NCBI GenBank assembly: GCA_965222375.1
Contig: CBDCTZ010000016.1
Span: forward strand, 1,120,001-1,184,000
Length of the DNA: 64,000 bases
DNA from: Polyangiaceae bacterium
Lineage (GTDB): Bacteria > Myxococcota_A > Polyangia > Polyangiales > Polyangiaceae
Reading direction: 5' to 3'
Shown: positions 1 through 9,668 of the stretch, piece after piece
Position numbering within the stretch: position 1 is the stretch's first letter
Layout of the letters: each line of letters starts with the position of its first letter
Position numbers and translations under genes: made by a program
Notes under the pieces: model-generated
The model's database searches: none
What the model was told of the DNA's origin: nothing
Seen by the model: the letters and a program-made list of their open reading frames with translations, nothing else

Positions 1-456
1 GGTGTCTTGCAACGCGAGCCCGATGACAGCGGTCAACACCGCCGATGTCGTGATCAGCCCAGACACGTTGTAGCCAGCCCGTGCAGCGATGCCGAACAGC
101 ACGAACACGGTGGCAACGGCAACCATGACGTCCTGCAAGATCTTCGGCGGCGCCACACGTAGCCGCGGCAAGATCGTGCCGAACAGGATCACGCCTGCCA
201 TGCTCACCGTCGCGACGCCCGCGAAGATCAGGCACGCCAGTCGCACGTCTCGGTACTGACCAGCCCCGGTGGCGCGCAGAGCGCCGACAACGGGAAGGAG
301 CGCGAAGTGCAAGAATGCGAACAGCGCAATGCTGGCCAGTCGCCGCCGTGCAATGCCGACGCTGCGACCCACGATCATCGTGACCACCAGCCCCGCGAGC
401 AGCAGAGCAGAATAGTCGTCGCTGGCTTCTGCCAGTATGCCGTCCCAAATCGACAT
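1..456 (-). CDS. MscS-family mechanosensitive channel, N-terminal part (runs off window)
   Basis: Not in the ORF track. Manual translation from ATG 456: MSIWDGILAEAS...KILQDVMVAVATVFVLFGIAARAGYNVSGLITTSAVLTAVIGLALQDT, which ends in an MscS TM3-like pore helix. Confidence 0.8.
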   Translation of the reverse strand, partial: MSIWDGILAEASDDYSALLLAGLVVTMIVGRSVGIARRRLASIALFAFLHFALLPVVGALRATGAGQYRDVRLACLIFAGVATVSMAGVILFGTILPRLRVAPPKILQDVMVAVATVFVLFGIAARAGYNVSGLITTSAVLTAVIGLALQDT

Positions 457-558
457 CCGCCGAGACGATAGCCTGGCCCTGGCTCGTCGGGTTACTGAGC
501 GTCCGTCGCGGTCTTCTGCGCCTGTTGGGTGTGAAGCACTGGTCCTGCGGCTTCCGCT

Positions 559-852
559 ATGACCAAGTTGGAAGCCGCCATCGAGGGTCACTGCCACCAC
601 ATGGTGACGCACTCCTTCTGGGGCCACGATGCCCCGGAGGCCAGCATCAAGTCGGCCTGGACTCGAGCTAGCAAGTGCGGCACGAGTGCCAATGCCGAGA
701 ACATTTATGCCGGCTCGAGCAACGCTACGAATGCGTTAAATACGTGGAAGGGCAGCTCCGGCCACAACGCAAACATGCTCAATGGTTCGCTCAAACGCAT
801 CGGCATCGGGTTGTACGTCACGCATTGGGGCCAGCTTTTCGGCAATAGCTAG
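559..852 (+). pseudogene. CAP/SCP-domain protein fragment (C-terminal part only)
   Basis: CAP motifs present: HCHHM..FWGH, AENIYAG, W..SSGHNANML, IGIG, WGQLFG. The N-terminal helix and signal peptide are missing. Confidence 0.6.
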
Positions 853-879
853 AGTTCCCGCGCGCCAGCGCGGTATCCT

Positions 880-2721
880 ATGGCCATGAGTCGGCTGTCG
901 GATGTGCGGGAACGCTTGCAAGCAGTCCGGGGGACAATCGCCGACGTTGCGCACCATCGTGACGACCCCATGTGGCAACACACGGTGCGAACGTCCTTGT
1001 CGCGCTTGCCCTCCGCGGTGGTGCACACCGTGCCCTGGCTGCTACGCGCGCGTTCGGGCGGGGATGCGAGCTTCGTCAAGATCGTGGACGACAACGCCAA
1101 GAAGCTGGGCGATGGGCTCGCACTGGAAATGGGGGAGCAGCAGTGGACCTGGCGGCAGCTCAGCGAACACTCGTCCCGAGTCGCTCACGTCCTCACTGCC
1201 CTTGGCGTCCGCGAAGGTCAGGTCGTCGCCTTGATCGGTCGGAACTCACCGGACTACCTCGCGACCCTGCTCGGGATCTCTCGCTTGGGTGCCACGGCAT
1301 CCCTCATCAACTACCACCTCGAAGGCGCGCCCCTCAGCCACGCGGTTTCTTCGTCTCGCGCTCGCGTAGTGCTTGCCGAAGAACCCTTCGTGAAGCCCGC
1401 CTCAGCGGCGGCGAGCGAGGCGCGAGTGCTTTCCTATCGCGACGGCGAGCTGGAAGATCGCATGCGGCGCGTGCCCTCTCGCGCCTTCCCGCGGGTCAAA
1501 GTCGGTGCCGATACCGACTTCGTCTACATCTTCACGTCCGGCACCACGGGCTTGCCGAAACCATGTCGTGTGACCCACGCCCGCGCCGTGCTCGCGGGCG
1601 CTGGCTTCGGGCCGTTGCTGTTCGAAATGGCCGAGGGCGACAAACTGTACTCGGTGCTGCCCCTGTATCACTCGAGTGCGTTGATGATCGGCGCGGGCTC
1701 CTGTTTCGTCACTAGGACGCCCTTGGCATTGCGAGAGAGCTTCAGCGCGTCGGCCTTCTGGCCCGACGTGAAGCGCTACCGCGCCACGAGCATCCTGTAC
1801 ATCGGCGAGTTGTGCCGCTACCTGTTGAACCAACCCGAATGTGAAGAGGAGCGTCACAACTCCGTCCGGGTCGCCGTAGGCAATGGGCTGCGCGCGGATG
1901 TGTGGGAGCCCTTTGCGGAACGATTCGGCATTTCGAACATCCGCGAGTTCTACAGCGCCACGGAGGCGCCGGGCGTCATCTTCAACCTGACGGGAAAAGT
2001 CGGCTCCGTCGGGCATGTGCCCATGCGTCGGCTGGGTTCGCTGAAGTTGGCGCGTTACGATGTGGAAGCAGACGAGCTGGTGCGCGGCGCAGATGGCTTT
2101 TGTGAGGAGTGTGCCGCCGACGAAGTCGGCGAGCTCCTGATCAAGCTGGTGGACAATCCGAAGAGCGCGCTGCGTGAATTCCGTGGCTACACTGACGGCC
2201 AGGCCACGAAGAAGAAGGTCCTGGAGAACGTGTTCAAGGAGGGGGATCGCTACTTTCGCTCTGGGGATCTGATGCGCTTTGACGCGCACGACTATTTCTA
2301 CTTCGTCGACCGCATCGGTGACACCTATCGCTGGAAGGGCGAGAACGTGTCCACGGCCGAGGTTGCGGAGATCATCAGCCGCGCGCCCGGCATCCTCGGC
2401 GCGACCGTGGTTGGAATCAGCGTGCCAGGATTGGAAGGTCGCTGTGGTCTGGCAGCCCTCGAGGTCGGTGGCGAGCTGAATCTGCAGGAGTTTTGGAAGA
2501 CCGCCCAAGAGCTGCCTAGCTACGCGCAGCCACGGTTTTTGCGGGTGCTTCCGGAGCTATCTACGACGGGCACCTTCAAGCTTCAGAAGACCGACCTGCG
2601 TCGGGACGGCGTCGATCCCGAGCGGGTGTCTGGACCGCTCTTCGTTCGCCAAGAAGGGGCCTACGTGCCTTTGACCCAGAAGTTGTGGGAGGGCGCAAAG
2701 CGGGGCACAGTGCGCTTGTGA
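880..2721 (+). CDS. Long-chain acyl-CoA synthetase, FATP/VLACS family
   Basis: YIFTSGTTGLPK AMP-binding motif, EFYSATE, and the FATP signature FVDRIGDTYRWKGENVST. Confidence 0.92.
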   Translation: MAMSRLSDVRERLQAVRGTIADVAHHRDDPMWQHTVRTSLSRLPSAVVHTVPWLLRARSGGDASFVKIVDDNAKKLGDGLALEMGEQQWTWRQLSEHSSRVAHVLTALGVREGQVVALIGRNSPDYLATLLGISRLGATASLINYHLEGAPLSHAVSSSRARVVLAEEPFVKPASAAASEARVLSYRDGELEDRMRRVPSRAFPRVKVGADTDFVYIFTSGTTGLPKPCRVTHARAVLAGAGFGPLLFEMAEGDKLYSVLPLYHSSALMIGAGSCFVTRTPLALRESFSASAFWPDVKRYRATSILYIGELCRYLLNQPECEEERHNSVRVAVGNGLRADVWEPFAERFGISNIREFYSATEAPGVIFNLTGKVGSVGHVPMRRLGSLKLARYDVEADELVRGADGFCEECAADEVGELLIKLVDNPKSALREFRGYTDGQATKKKVLENVFKEGDRYFRSGDLMRFDAHDYFYFVDRIGDTYRWKGENVSTAEVAEIISRAPGILGATVVGISVPGLEGRCGLAALEVGGELNLQEFWKTAQELPSYAQPRFLRVLPELSTTGTFKLQKTDLRRDGVDPERVSGPLFVRQEGAYVPLTQKLWEGAKRGTVRL

Positions 2722-3581
2722 GAAGTGTTCGGGCTGCGCTTTGGCCGGCCTCCTGGGCCGTAAGCAGTGCGCCGTTTTTCATCGCCGCGTTGCTCGTCAT
2801 GCAGGGGCTCACGGGGTGTCGCTGTTCCAAGAAGGACTCGGCGCCTGCGGCGTCGGCCTCCGCCAAGGGACCGAGGATCTTGCCGCCGCTCTCGGAAAAG
2901 AGCTGGCTCATCGATCTGCCCGTGGCGGGGCACGCACCCGCAAAGGTCGCTGTGCCCTTGGGCGCGGTGCACCCCGCGCCCGTCGTCCTTGCGCTGCATG
3001 GGGCATTCGATCGCCCCGAGTGGCAGTGCGGTCACTGGGCTGCAATCACCGATGGCAAGCCCTTCGTACTCTGTCCGACAGGAGTGAAGAACGGTGCGCG
3101 CTTCAGCTGGTCGTCCCCGGAGGCGACAGCCAAAGAGCTGCGCGCGGCGCTCGAGGCGCTCAAGAAGCGCTTCGGCGACCACGTTGCACCGGGCAGCGTC
3201 GTGTTGGCTGGCTACGGCAAGGGCGCCGACCACGCCATCGTGGTCCAGAAACAGGAGCCCTCGTTCTTTTCGTATCTAGTGCTGATCGAGGGCGGCGCCA
3301 CAGACTGGACCTCGACGATGGCTGCGGCGTTCGCTCAACGCGGCGGCAAGCGGATTCTATTCGCATGCGCCCACGCCGGCTGCGTCGAACACGTGGACCG
3401 GGCGCGGCTGTTTTCGGTCGGGGCGGGCGTAGACACGATGACACTGACGCTGCCCACGGAGGACAGGCTGTTTTCTCCCAAAGCGGTTCGCGCGGTGCGC
3501 AGCAAGTGGGCCTGGCTCAAGGGTAAGGGAGCGCCTGGAGCCACGGCTCCGAAACGCTCGCCTCCAGCACTCACTCCCTGA
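2718..3581 (+). CDS. Secreted alpha/beta-hydrolase-fold protein, probably catalytically dead
   Basis: GTG start overlaps the upstream stop (GTGA). N-terminal hydrophobic segment ending in Cys. LHGAFDRPEWQC shared with 8744..9643. Nucleophile elbow reads GYGKG. Confidence 0.7.
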   Translation: MRSVRAALWPASWAVSSAPFFIAALLVMQGLTGCRCSKKDSAPAASASAKGPRILPPLSEKSWLIDLPVAGHAPAKVAVPLGAVHPAPVVLALHGAFDRPEWQCGHWAAITDGKPFVLCPTGVKNGARFSWSSPEATAKELRAALEALKKRFGDHVAPGSVVLAGYGKGADHAIVVQKQEPSFFSYLVLIEGGATDWTSTMAAAFAQRGGKRILFACAHAGCVEHVDRARLFSVGAGVDTMTLTLPTEDRLFSPKAVRAVRSKWAWLKGKGAPGATAPKRSPPALTP

Positions 3582-5205
3582 AAACCTCCAACGCAGGCCA
3601 CAAGGCATCCCGAGAGGACTCCAACTCGAATGCAACCCCATCAGGCGCGCGCACCAGGGCAATGGTCATGCTTGGCGCTGCCTTGGCCGCGCCAAGTTTG
3701 AGGTGATCGTGGGGCCATGTGGCGATAGCTGCGAGGACAGCTGGGTTGGCCGCTGCAAAGCTGATGAGACGGCGTTCGCTCCGTCGTGCCTTGGTGACAA
3801 TTGCCTGATGTGCGTCCTTGCTGGCGACAACCAGCTCCACGCCCTCTCCTTCGCGACGCCAGGCAACTTCCAGAAAGTCGTCGATGGTCTCGGATCGACG
3901 AAGGGACAACACCCGAATCTTCTCACGCAGCTCCACTTTGCCGAACGGGACGCCAGCATCGCCGGGTGGAACTTCTAGCGCACGCGCAGCGTCCATCATC
4001 GCCTTTTCGAAACTCGCGACCTGCGCGTTGTCAAAGCGACACCTCAGTATCGCTTTGGGTACTCGGTAGAACGCACAGGCATTGCTTGCTCCCCGGGCGC
4101 CAAGAACCGAAGCCAGGGCGGTGCCCAGCCGTGACATGCGCTGCGTTGGCACGCCGAAGTGGCGGGCAAACGCCTTCGCCCAGATTTGTCCGTCGCCGTC
4201 ACGTTCTGGCTGCATGTACCACACGGCCTTCGCCGTTGAACCGCCCGGCATGCGCAACAGTGGCGTCATCGAACCGACAGTCATCTTGGTGAGTGTTGTG
4301 TCTCCCTCGCTGCCCTTGGCGACTCGCAGCTTCCCCTGGGCCAGGACCGTGTCGCCACGCAAGTTGAGCGTTAGCGTTGCTCCTTCCCCCGACCGCATGA
4401 TCCTTTGAACCACCGAGATGATCGGGGCCCACAGAGATTCTGCCACTATGCCGGTCGCCGAATCCTTGGCACTGGTGCGCTTGGTTCGGGCAACAAGAAG
4501 GGGACCGTAAGCGCGGACTGCGCGTCGATCCGCGCGAAAGTCCAGGGCGTTTCGCGTGGTCAATTTCGGAGCCAGGGTTTGCGCGACAAACGGCCCCGCG
4601 CTGAGCAAGGGGGCTCGCTCGGTTGCAACCAGCAACCAGTCACCACTCCGCGCGACGTGCGCAAGCATTTCGACGCGCGGCTGCAGCACTGTCAACGCAA
4701 GCTTCGAGTGTTCAACCGGCTCGAACATGGCCAACGGGCCCTCGAACACCTCTTGATCAAACTTGGACCTGTCACGCAACCGGAACCCGGCGACTACGTA
4801 GGGCGTCTTACCGTGGATCCCTATGAGCGCGGCGAATGGTTTTTCTTTGTCCAATAGCTGGGTCGCTGCCGAACTGATCCCGCCAAATCGAACCAACGCT
4901 TCTGGCAGCTCGTAGGGCAGCCGCGGAATGGCAGGGCCCGTAGCCGCCTTGAGAGCCTTCCAACCGATTTCTGGGTTGGCACCCGACACGACTGCGATCA
5001 CCCCATCTGGCCGCTCTGCTCGTGGTGCCAAACCATCCGCTGCGCGGGGCTCAGGTGGCGCTGCAGGCTCGGGGCCGAAGCGGGAAATGGCTATGGGAGC
5101 GATCACCCCGAGTCCAATCACGAGCGCAATCGCCAAGATCCAGTCCCTACGGCGTTTAGAGTCACCCTGCTTGGCGGCCGGTGCCGACGGCGGATCAGAC
5201 TTCAC
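3571..5205 (-). CDS. Hypothetical membrane-anchored protein
   Basis: 544-aa ORF with an N-terminal TM helix; fills the gap between neighbours. Confidence 0.7.
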   Translation of the reverse strand: MKSDPPSAPAAKQGDSKRRRDWILAIALVIGLGVIAPIAISRFGPEPAAPPEPRAADGLAPRAERPDGVIAVVSGANPEIGWKALKAATGPAIPRLPYELPEALVRFGGISSAATQLLDKEKPFAALIGIHGKTPYVVAGFRLRDRSKFDQEVFEGPLAMFEPVEHSKLALTVLQPRVEMLAHVARSGDWLLVATERAPLLSAGPFVAQTLAPKLTTRNALDFRADRRAVRAYGPLLVARTKRTSAKDSATGIVAESLWAPIISVVQRIMRSGEGATLTLNLRGDTVLAQGKLRVAKGSEGDTTLTKMTVGSMTPLLRMPGGSTAKAVWYMQPERDGDGQIWAKAFARHFGVPTQRMSRLGTALASVLGARGASNACAFYRVPKAILRCRFDNAQVASFEKAMMDAARALEVPPGDAGVPFGKVELREKIRVLSLRRSETIDDFLEVAWRREGEGVELVVASKDAHQAIVTKARRSERRLISFAAANPAVLAAIATWPHDHLKLGAAKAAPSMTIALVRAPDGVAFELESSRDALWPALEVFRE

Positions 5206-5252
5206 AAATGCGGTTTTACACTGGCCGCGCGGGGGCTGTCATTGCGAACGGT

Positions 5253-7103
5253 TCAATTGCACCCGCATGCTTGAAGTGCCTTGGCTTTGTTGGCGCAAAA
5301 CACGTCCCATTTCTGGTCGCAACAGTAAGCGTCCGTTTTGCAAACCTCGGTGGCGCAGCTCGAGCAGGAAGCGGGCATCGCGCCGCCCTCCTCGCACTCG
5401 CTGTGCACGCAGTTTCCCCCGTTGTTGCAGTCCGTGGTGCATTCCGTGAGTGAGTTCGCGATGTCGACGCATTCCTGATCCCAATTACCGACCAAAGCGT
5501 TGCAACAGAATGGTGCCTTCTTGCACACAGCGGCGACGCAGGTGCTGCACACGGAGTTCATCGGTGTGCCCAGCTTGCACGGGTTGTGGGTGCACTTTGC
5601 CGAACCCGTACAAGAAACCGGGCAGATTGCGTTCGTCAGTTGAATGCACGTGTCGTCCCAACCTGAGCGGCAGCAGAAGGTGTCGACGGCACAGACCGCC
5701 GCCGTGCACAGGCCGCATGTGGGATCCAACGGCCCCCCCTCGGTGCATTCGTCGTGGTCACATTTGCCGCTGCCGGTCGTGCCCCCGCTGCCCGGGCCGC
5801 ACCCCTTCGTCGGGTTGCTGCAGGGCACGCAGGCACCGTAGCCACCCGCTACGGGTTGGCACTGCATGTGCAGCTCGTGCTTGTCCTTACCGAACAACTT
5901 GTCCATCAGGAAGGCAGCCGCAATCTGGGCCAGCGGGCTGCCCTTGAACAGATCGTTTACAATGGGGTCCAGCGGGATGGGCTTGCAGTCCACGTCCGTC
6001 TTGCAAGGCACGCACAGACCACACTTCTTCCCGTCGATGATCTCGATGCTTGCGCAGGATTTCATGGGGTACTTGATGACGGCATTGCTGATCTTGACGC
6101 CGAGGATCTTGTCGTCCCCGATCAGGTCCTTGAGCGCCTTGCCGACGTCGAAATCAGCCGTGACGTTGGCGCAGTCTGGATCTGTGGAGCAGGTATTGGT
6201 CACGCTGTTGAATGGGGGGGGCAACGCCGCCCCACCCAGATCCGAGCAGCCCTTCGCTGGGTGCACGCAGGTGCCGTGGCTACTGTTCACCGGCAGCTTG
6301 CACTCCCACTTTTCAGTCGCTTCCGAGTTGCCACAGCCGAAGCACTCAGCGTTCTGCTGACAGCCACCCACGGGAGTCGTTAACCCGCCCGCCTGCCCGC
6401 AGGGCTTGACGCATTGTCCCTTCTGACACGCGAGGCCGGGATCGCATCCGGTCGTAGGCGTGCACTCGGTGCAGACGTGGTTCACGCAGAAGGTGGCGCT
6501 CTTTCCCCCCAGATTGCACTGTGCGCAATCCGCATTTTGCTTGCAGCTGCCCGGGCATTTTGCCGTACACTTGCCTTGCTTGCAGGTGTCGGCGCCGGTA
6601 CAGCCCTCGAGTTCCGAGGTGGAGCAAGCCACGCACTTGCCGCCAGCGCAGACCTGGTGCAGCGGATCGCACGCGAGGCAATCCGCCTTCGTTTTGCATG
6701 TGATGGTCGGTTCCCCTTGGGCATCCGTGGGACAGGTCAATTCGGCTGGGGCGCAGGTCCCAAAGGAAGTGCACTTCTCTCCGGCTGCGCAGCCGGTGCC
6801 CGTCTTCGCATCGCACGCCACACAGCGCGTATTGGCGACATCGCACTTGTCTCGACCGAACGAGCAGCCAACGCATTGGTCGTCTGAAGTGCAGTTGTTC
6901 AACAAGCAGATGCCCGTGGGCGCGCCGCCCGCTCCTGCTCCGGATTGACCCGCGTCGCCGCTCGCTCCACCACTACCACCGGATCCTCCGGAGCCAGGAG
7001 GCCCGCCGCCTCCGCCTCCACTACTGCAGGCCGAGATGATCAGCAGCGCGCTAACCAAGGCAGCTATCGTTGTGATCAAAGCGGAGTGACGATTTCGACG
7101 CAA
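5253..7103 (-). CDS. Cys-rich lipoprotein with three C-terminal C-x-H..CC..WD..C modules
   Basis: Start reassigned to TTG 7103, after GGAGG. Signal peptide ending IISAC, Gly-rich linker, many Cys. Confidence 0.8.
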   Translation of the reverse strand: MRRNRHSALITTIAALVSALLIISACSSGGGGGGPPGSGGSGGSGGASGDAGQSGAGAGGAPTGICLLNNCTSDDQCVGCSFGRDKCDVANTRCVACDAKTGTGCAAGEKCTSFGTCAPAELTCPTDAQGEPTITCKTKADCLACDPLHQVCAGGKCVACSTSELEGCTGADTCKQGKCTAKCPGSCKQNADCAQCNLGGKSATFCVNHVCTECTPTTGCDPGLACQKGQCVKPCGQAGGLTTPVGGCQQNAECFGCGNSEATEKWECKLPVNSSHGTCVHPAKGCSDLGGAALPPPFNSVTNTCSTDPDCANVTADFDVGKALKDLIGDDKILGVKISNAVIKYPMKSCASIEIIDGKKCGLCVPCKTDVDCKPIPLDPIVNDLFKGSPLAQIAAAFLMDKLFGKDKHELHMQCQPVAGGYGACVPCSNPTKGCGPGSGGTTGSGKCDHDECTEGGPLDPTCGLCTAAVCAVDTFCCRSGWDDTCIQLTNAICPVSCTGSAKCTHNPCKLGTPMNSVCSTCVAAVCKKAPFCCNALVGNWDQECVDIANSLTECTTDCNNGGNCVHSECEEGGAMPASCSSCATEVCKTDAYCCDQKWDVFCANKAKALQACGCN

Positions 7104-7250
7104 AGCACACCTCCAAAGCCGCTCGGGAGGATAGCACGCGCTGCGGGGTCGGGCGCGTGGCCGCCTCCCGGCAGGTCGTGTATCGTCTGCACATTGCGCC
7201 GATTTGGACCGCATTCTCGCGGGTGTCCGGCGCCCCCGCCCGCACCACCG

Positions 7251-8747
7251 ATGAGTTCTGCGCGACGCCGTCCCAGCTGGCTCGACCAAGTAGGTATTCC
7301 CCTGAGGCTTTCGTTGGTGTGGGGTCTCCTGCCCTTCGCCGCGTTGTCCGCGGCTTTCGTCGCCCGACCCAGCCCCCCGCACGACTACTGGTGGCCTCTG
7401 GTCCAGGGTCGCCTGGTGTCTTGGGGCGGCGCTGTGCCGCTCGTCGATTCCTATCTCTACTCTCTGCCGGCGGACACCCCATTCGTCAATCAACAGTGGC
7501 TGGCTCACTGGCTGCTCTATATGTGCTTCAGGCACGGCGGGTACGCAGCGGTCGCCCTGCTCGCGAGCGCAGTCTGTCTGCTCGCTTGGGCCATGCTGCT
7601 CGAGCTTTCTCTTGCGCGCTCAGGAAACGCCGTGGCCGCGTCGATCGCCGCGACCATTGGGGTGGTGTTCGCCTCTCCAATGCTGGTTCCACGCGCGCAG
7701 ACCTTGGTCTTTCCGCTATTTGTGCTCACGCTAGTGATCACGACCGGCGTTGCGGACAAGCATCTGCGAGTGCGCTCCCTATTTTGGCTTGTCCCAATCA
7801 CAGCGGTCTGGGCGAACTTGCACGGCAGCTTCGTTTTGGTTTGGGGAGTCTTCGCGGTCGCCGGATTGACTCAGCTGAGGGACGCACCTGGTGCGAGTAG
7901 GTGGCGCACGATTGGGTTTCTCGGGGCAACAGGCACGCTACTACTGCTCGCGAGCGTCGTGAGCCCAAACGGTTTGGGCACAATCCGACACGTGATTGCC
8001 GGCGTGGGTGTCGAGCGGGTTACGGAGTGGAGCCCCCCGGTTGCACGCAGCGCCGAAGGCGCAGTGTCCATCGGCGCCATTCTGCTTTTCTTTGGGTTTT
8101 CTCTGTTCCGGTGGCGCAGCTTGCGACTGCACGATCTTTTGCTGATTGTCACCTTCTCGGCGTTCGCCCTGCGTGCCTCACGCGGAATCGTGTGGTGGGC
8201 GATGTTGTTTCCGGTTGTTGCGCCTCGTCTATTCGCGTCCAAGCCGCGGGAAGAAGCACGTAACTGGGGCCACGCCCTACCCGTGCTGGCGCTGGCAGGT
8301 GTCGTGGTCGCATGCTTGCCGGGGATCGGGATGAAGACGCTCCGCTTGCGGGCGGAGCCAAGCACCAAGCCAAGCGGTGAAGGCGCGGGCTACCTCAACT
8401 CCGACAACCCCATCGAGTTGGTACGACGAGCTCATGCCATGGGCGCGCGCCGTGTTTTCCACGACCAGAAGCTTGGGGCGCTGGTGGAGTTCATTTGTGC
8501 GCCAGACTCCCCGCGTCCGGTCGCTTTCGTCGACCAGCGCATGGAACTCATCCCAGAAAAGGTCTGGCAGCAGTACTTCGCTCTCTCCCGGGGTGAGGGG
8601 GACGTGATCGCGATGCTGACCGCGCTTCGGGTGGACACGGTGATCGCTCACCGAGACGAGCAAGCTGGCCTGGTGGCCGCCCTGAACAAGGCCGGCTTTG
8701 CGTCTGCCCAGGCGCAGGGCAAGTATGTCCTCATTCGTTTGAAATGA
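7251..8747 (+). CDS. Polytopic membrane protein, putative GT-C-fold glycosyltransferase
   Basis: About 10-12 TM segments. DYWW.L..G after TM1, WANLHGSF, EW.P and a C-terminal FVDQRME soluble domain. Start moved to ATG 7251 to avoid overlap. Confidence 0.6.
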   Translation: MSSARRRPSWLDQVGIPLRLSLVWGLLPFAALSAAFVARPSPPHDYWWPLVQGRLVSWGGAVPLVDSYLYSLPADTPFVNQQWLAHWLLYMCFRHGGYAAVALLASAVCLLAWAMLLELSLARSGNAVAASIAATIGVVFASPMLVPRAQTLVFPLFVLTLVITTGVADKHLRVRSLFWLVPITAVWANLHGSFVLVWGVFAVAGLTQLRDAPGASRWRTIGFLGATGTLLLLASVVSPNGLGTIRHVIAGVGVERVTEWSPPVARSAEGAVSIGAILLFFGFSLFRWRSLRLHDLLLIVTFSAFALRASRGIVWWAMLFPVVAPRLFASKPREEARNWGHALPVLALAGVVVACLPGIGMKTLRLRAEPSTKPSGEGAGYLNSDNPIELVRRAHAMGARRVFHDQKLGALVEFICAPDSPRPVAFVDQRMELIPEKVWQQYFALSRGEGDVIAMLTALRVDTVIAHRDEQAGLVAALNKAGFASAQAQGKYVLIRLK

Positions 8748-9643
8748 GAACAACGTCCATTTCCAGAAGCTCAGCAGCCACGGTGGTCTTGTGCCTCACA
8801 GCGGCGTGCGGCCGCAGTGCGACCCGCTGTACCAAGGATTCTCGTGAGCGCACGGCGCAGAGCGCACACCGGGTGGTGGAAGCGTCCGCGCCTTTGAAGG
8901 AGCCCGCGGCAGACCCTTCGCATGCAGACGCGTCAGACGCAACCGTCGAACTCGCCCCGCTTGCCTCCGCGACTGACTACCAGAGACTGCCCGTCGACGG
9001 GTTTCGTGATGCGATCGTCTCAATCCCCCACGGTGCGAAGCAGCCGCGCCCGGTGATCGTCGCATTGCATGGGAACTACGACAGGCCTGAATGGCAATGC
9101 GAGGTTTGGCGGGAGGCCCTCAACCCGAACGCGTTCATCCTATGCCCCCGCGGCATTCCTCGAGGAGACGCACCCAAGAGGGAAGACCGTTGGACTTATG
9201 GCAGCGCAAAGATGCTCGAGAGCGAAATCGCCGCGGCAATGCAAGCGCTGGTCGACCGCTACCCACAGTATGTAGACCGCGCGGACCCGATTCTGATTGG
9301 GTTTTCGCTTGGGGCAATTCTGGCAACGCATCTCGTGGGCAAGGAGACGTTTCCATTCCGGCGTTTGGTACTGATCGAGGGGGGGTACAAGAGCTGGCAT
9401 CCGGGCCGGGCGAAGGGACTGGCGCCAACCGGCCGGGTGCTGTTCGCTTGCGGTCAGGGAGCGTGCAAAGCTGCTTCGGAGCGCGCAGCGCGTGTAATGC
9501 GGGCAAATGGCCTCGAAACGCGCGTCGTGCTGGGGGGCAAGGTTGGGCACACCTACGACGGAGTGGTTGCCCGCGCAGTTCAGCAACACTGGATTTGGCT
9601 CAGTGCGGGAGACATTGATGCAGGGGCCGCAGTCGAAGACTGA
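8744..9643 (+). CDS. Alpha/beta-hydrolase-fold lipoprotein (esterase-like)
   Basis: Lipobox-like LTAAC, LHGNYDRPEWQC, GFSLG nucleophile motif, GHTYD His motif. Confidence 0.78.
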   Translation: MRTTSISRSSAATVVLCLTAACGRSATRCTKDSRERTAQSAHRVVEASAPLKEPAADPSHADASDATVELAPLASATDYQRLPVDGFRDAIVSIPHGAKQPRPVIVALHGNYDRPEWQCEVWREALNPNAFILCPRGIPRGDAPKREDRWTYGSAKMLESEIAAAMQALVDRYPQYVDRADPILIGFSLGAILATHLVGKETFPFRRLVLIEGGYKSWHPGRAKGLAPTGRVLFACGQGACKAASERAARVMRANGLETRVVLGGKVGHTYDGVVARAVQQHWIWLSAGDIDAGAAVED

Positions 9644-9668
9644 GCCCACAGCTGCTACACTTGTCGGC

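Noticed and set aside
6945..7535. Apparent 590-bp head-to-head overlap of two long ORFs
   Set aside because: The likely starts are TTG 7103 (minus) and ATG 7251 (plus), leaving a normal divergent spacer.
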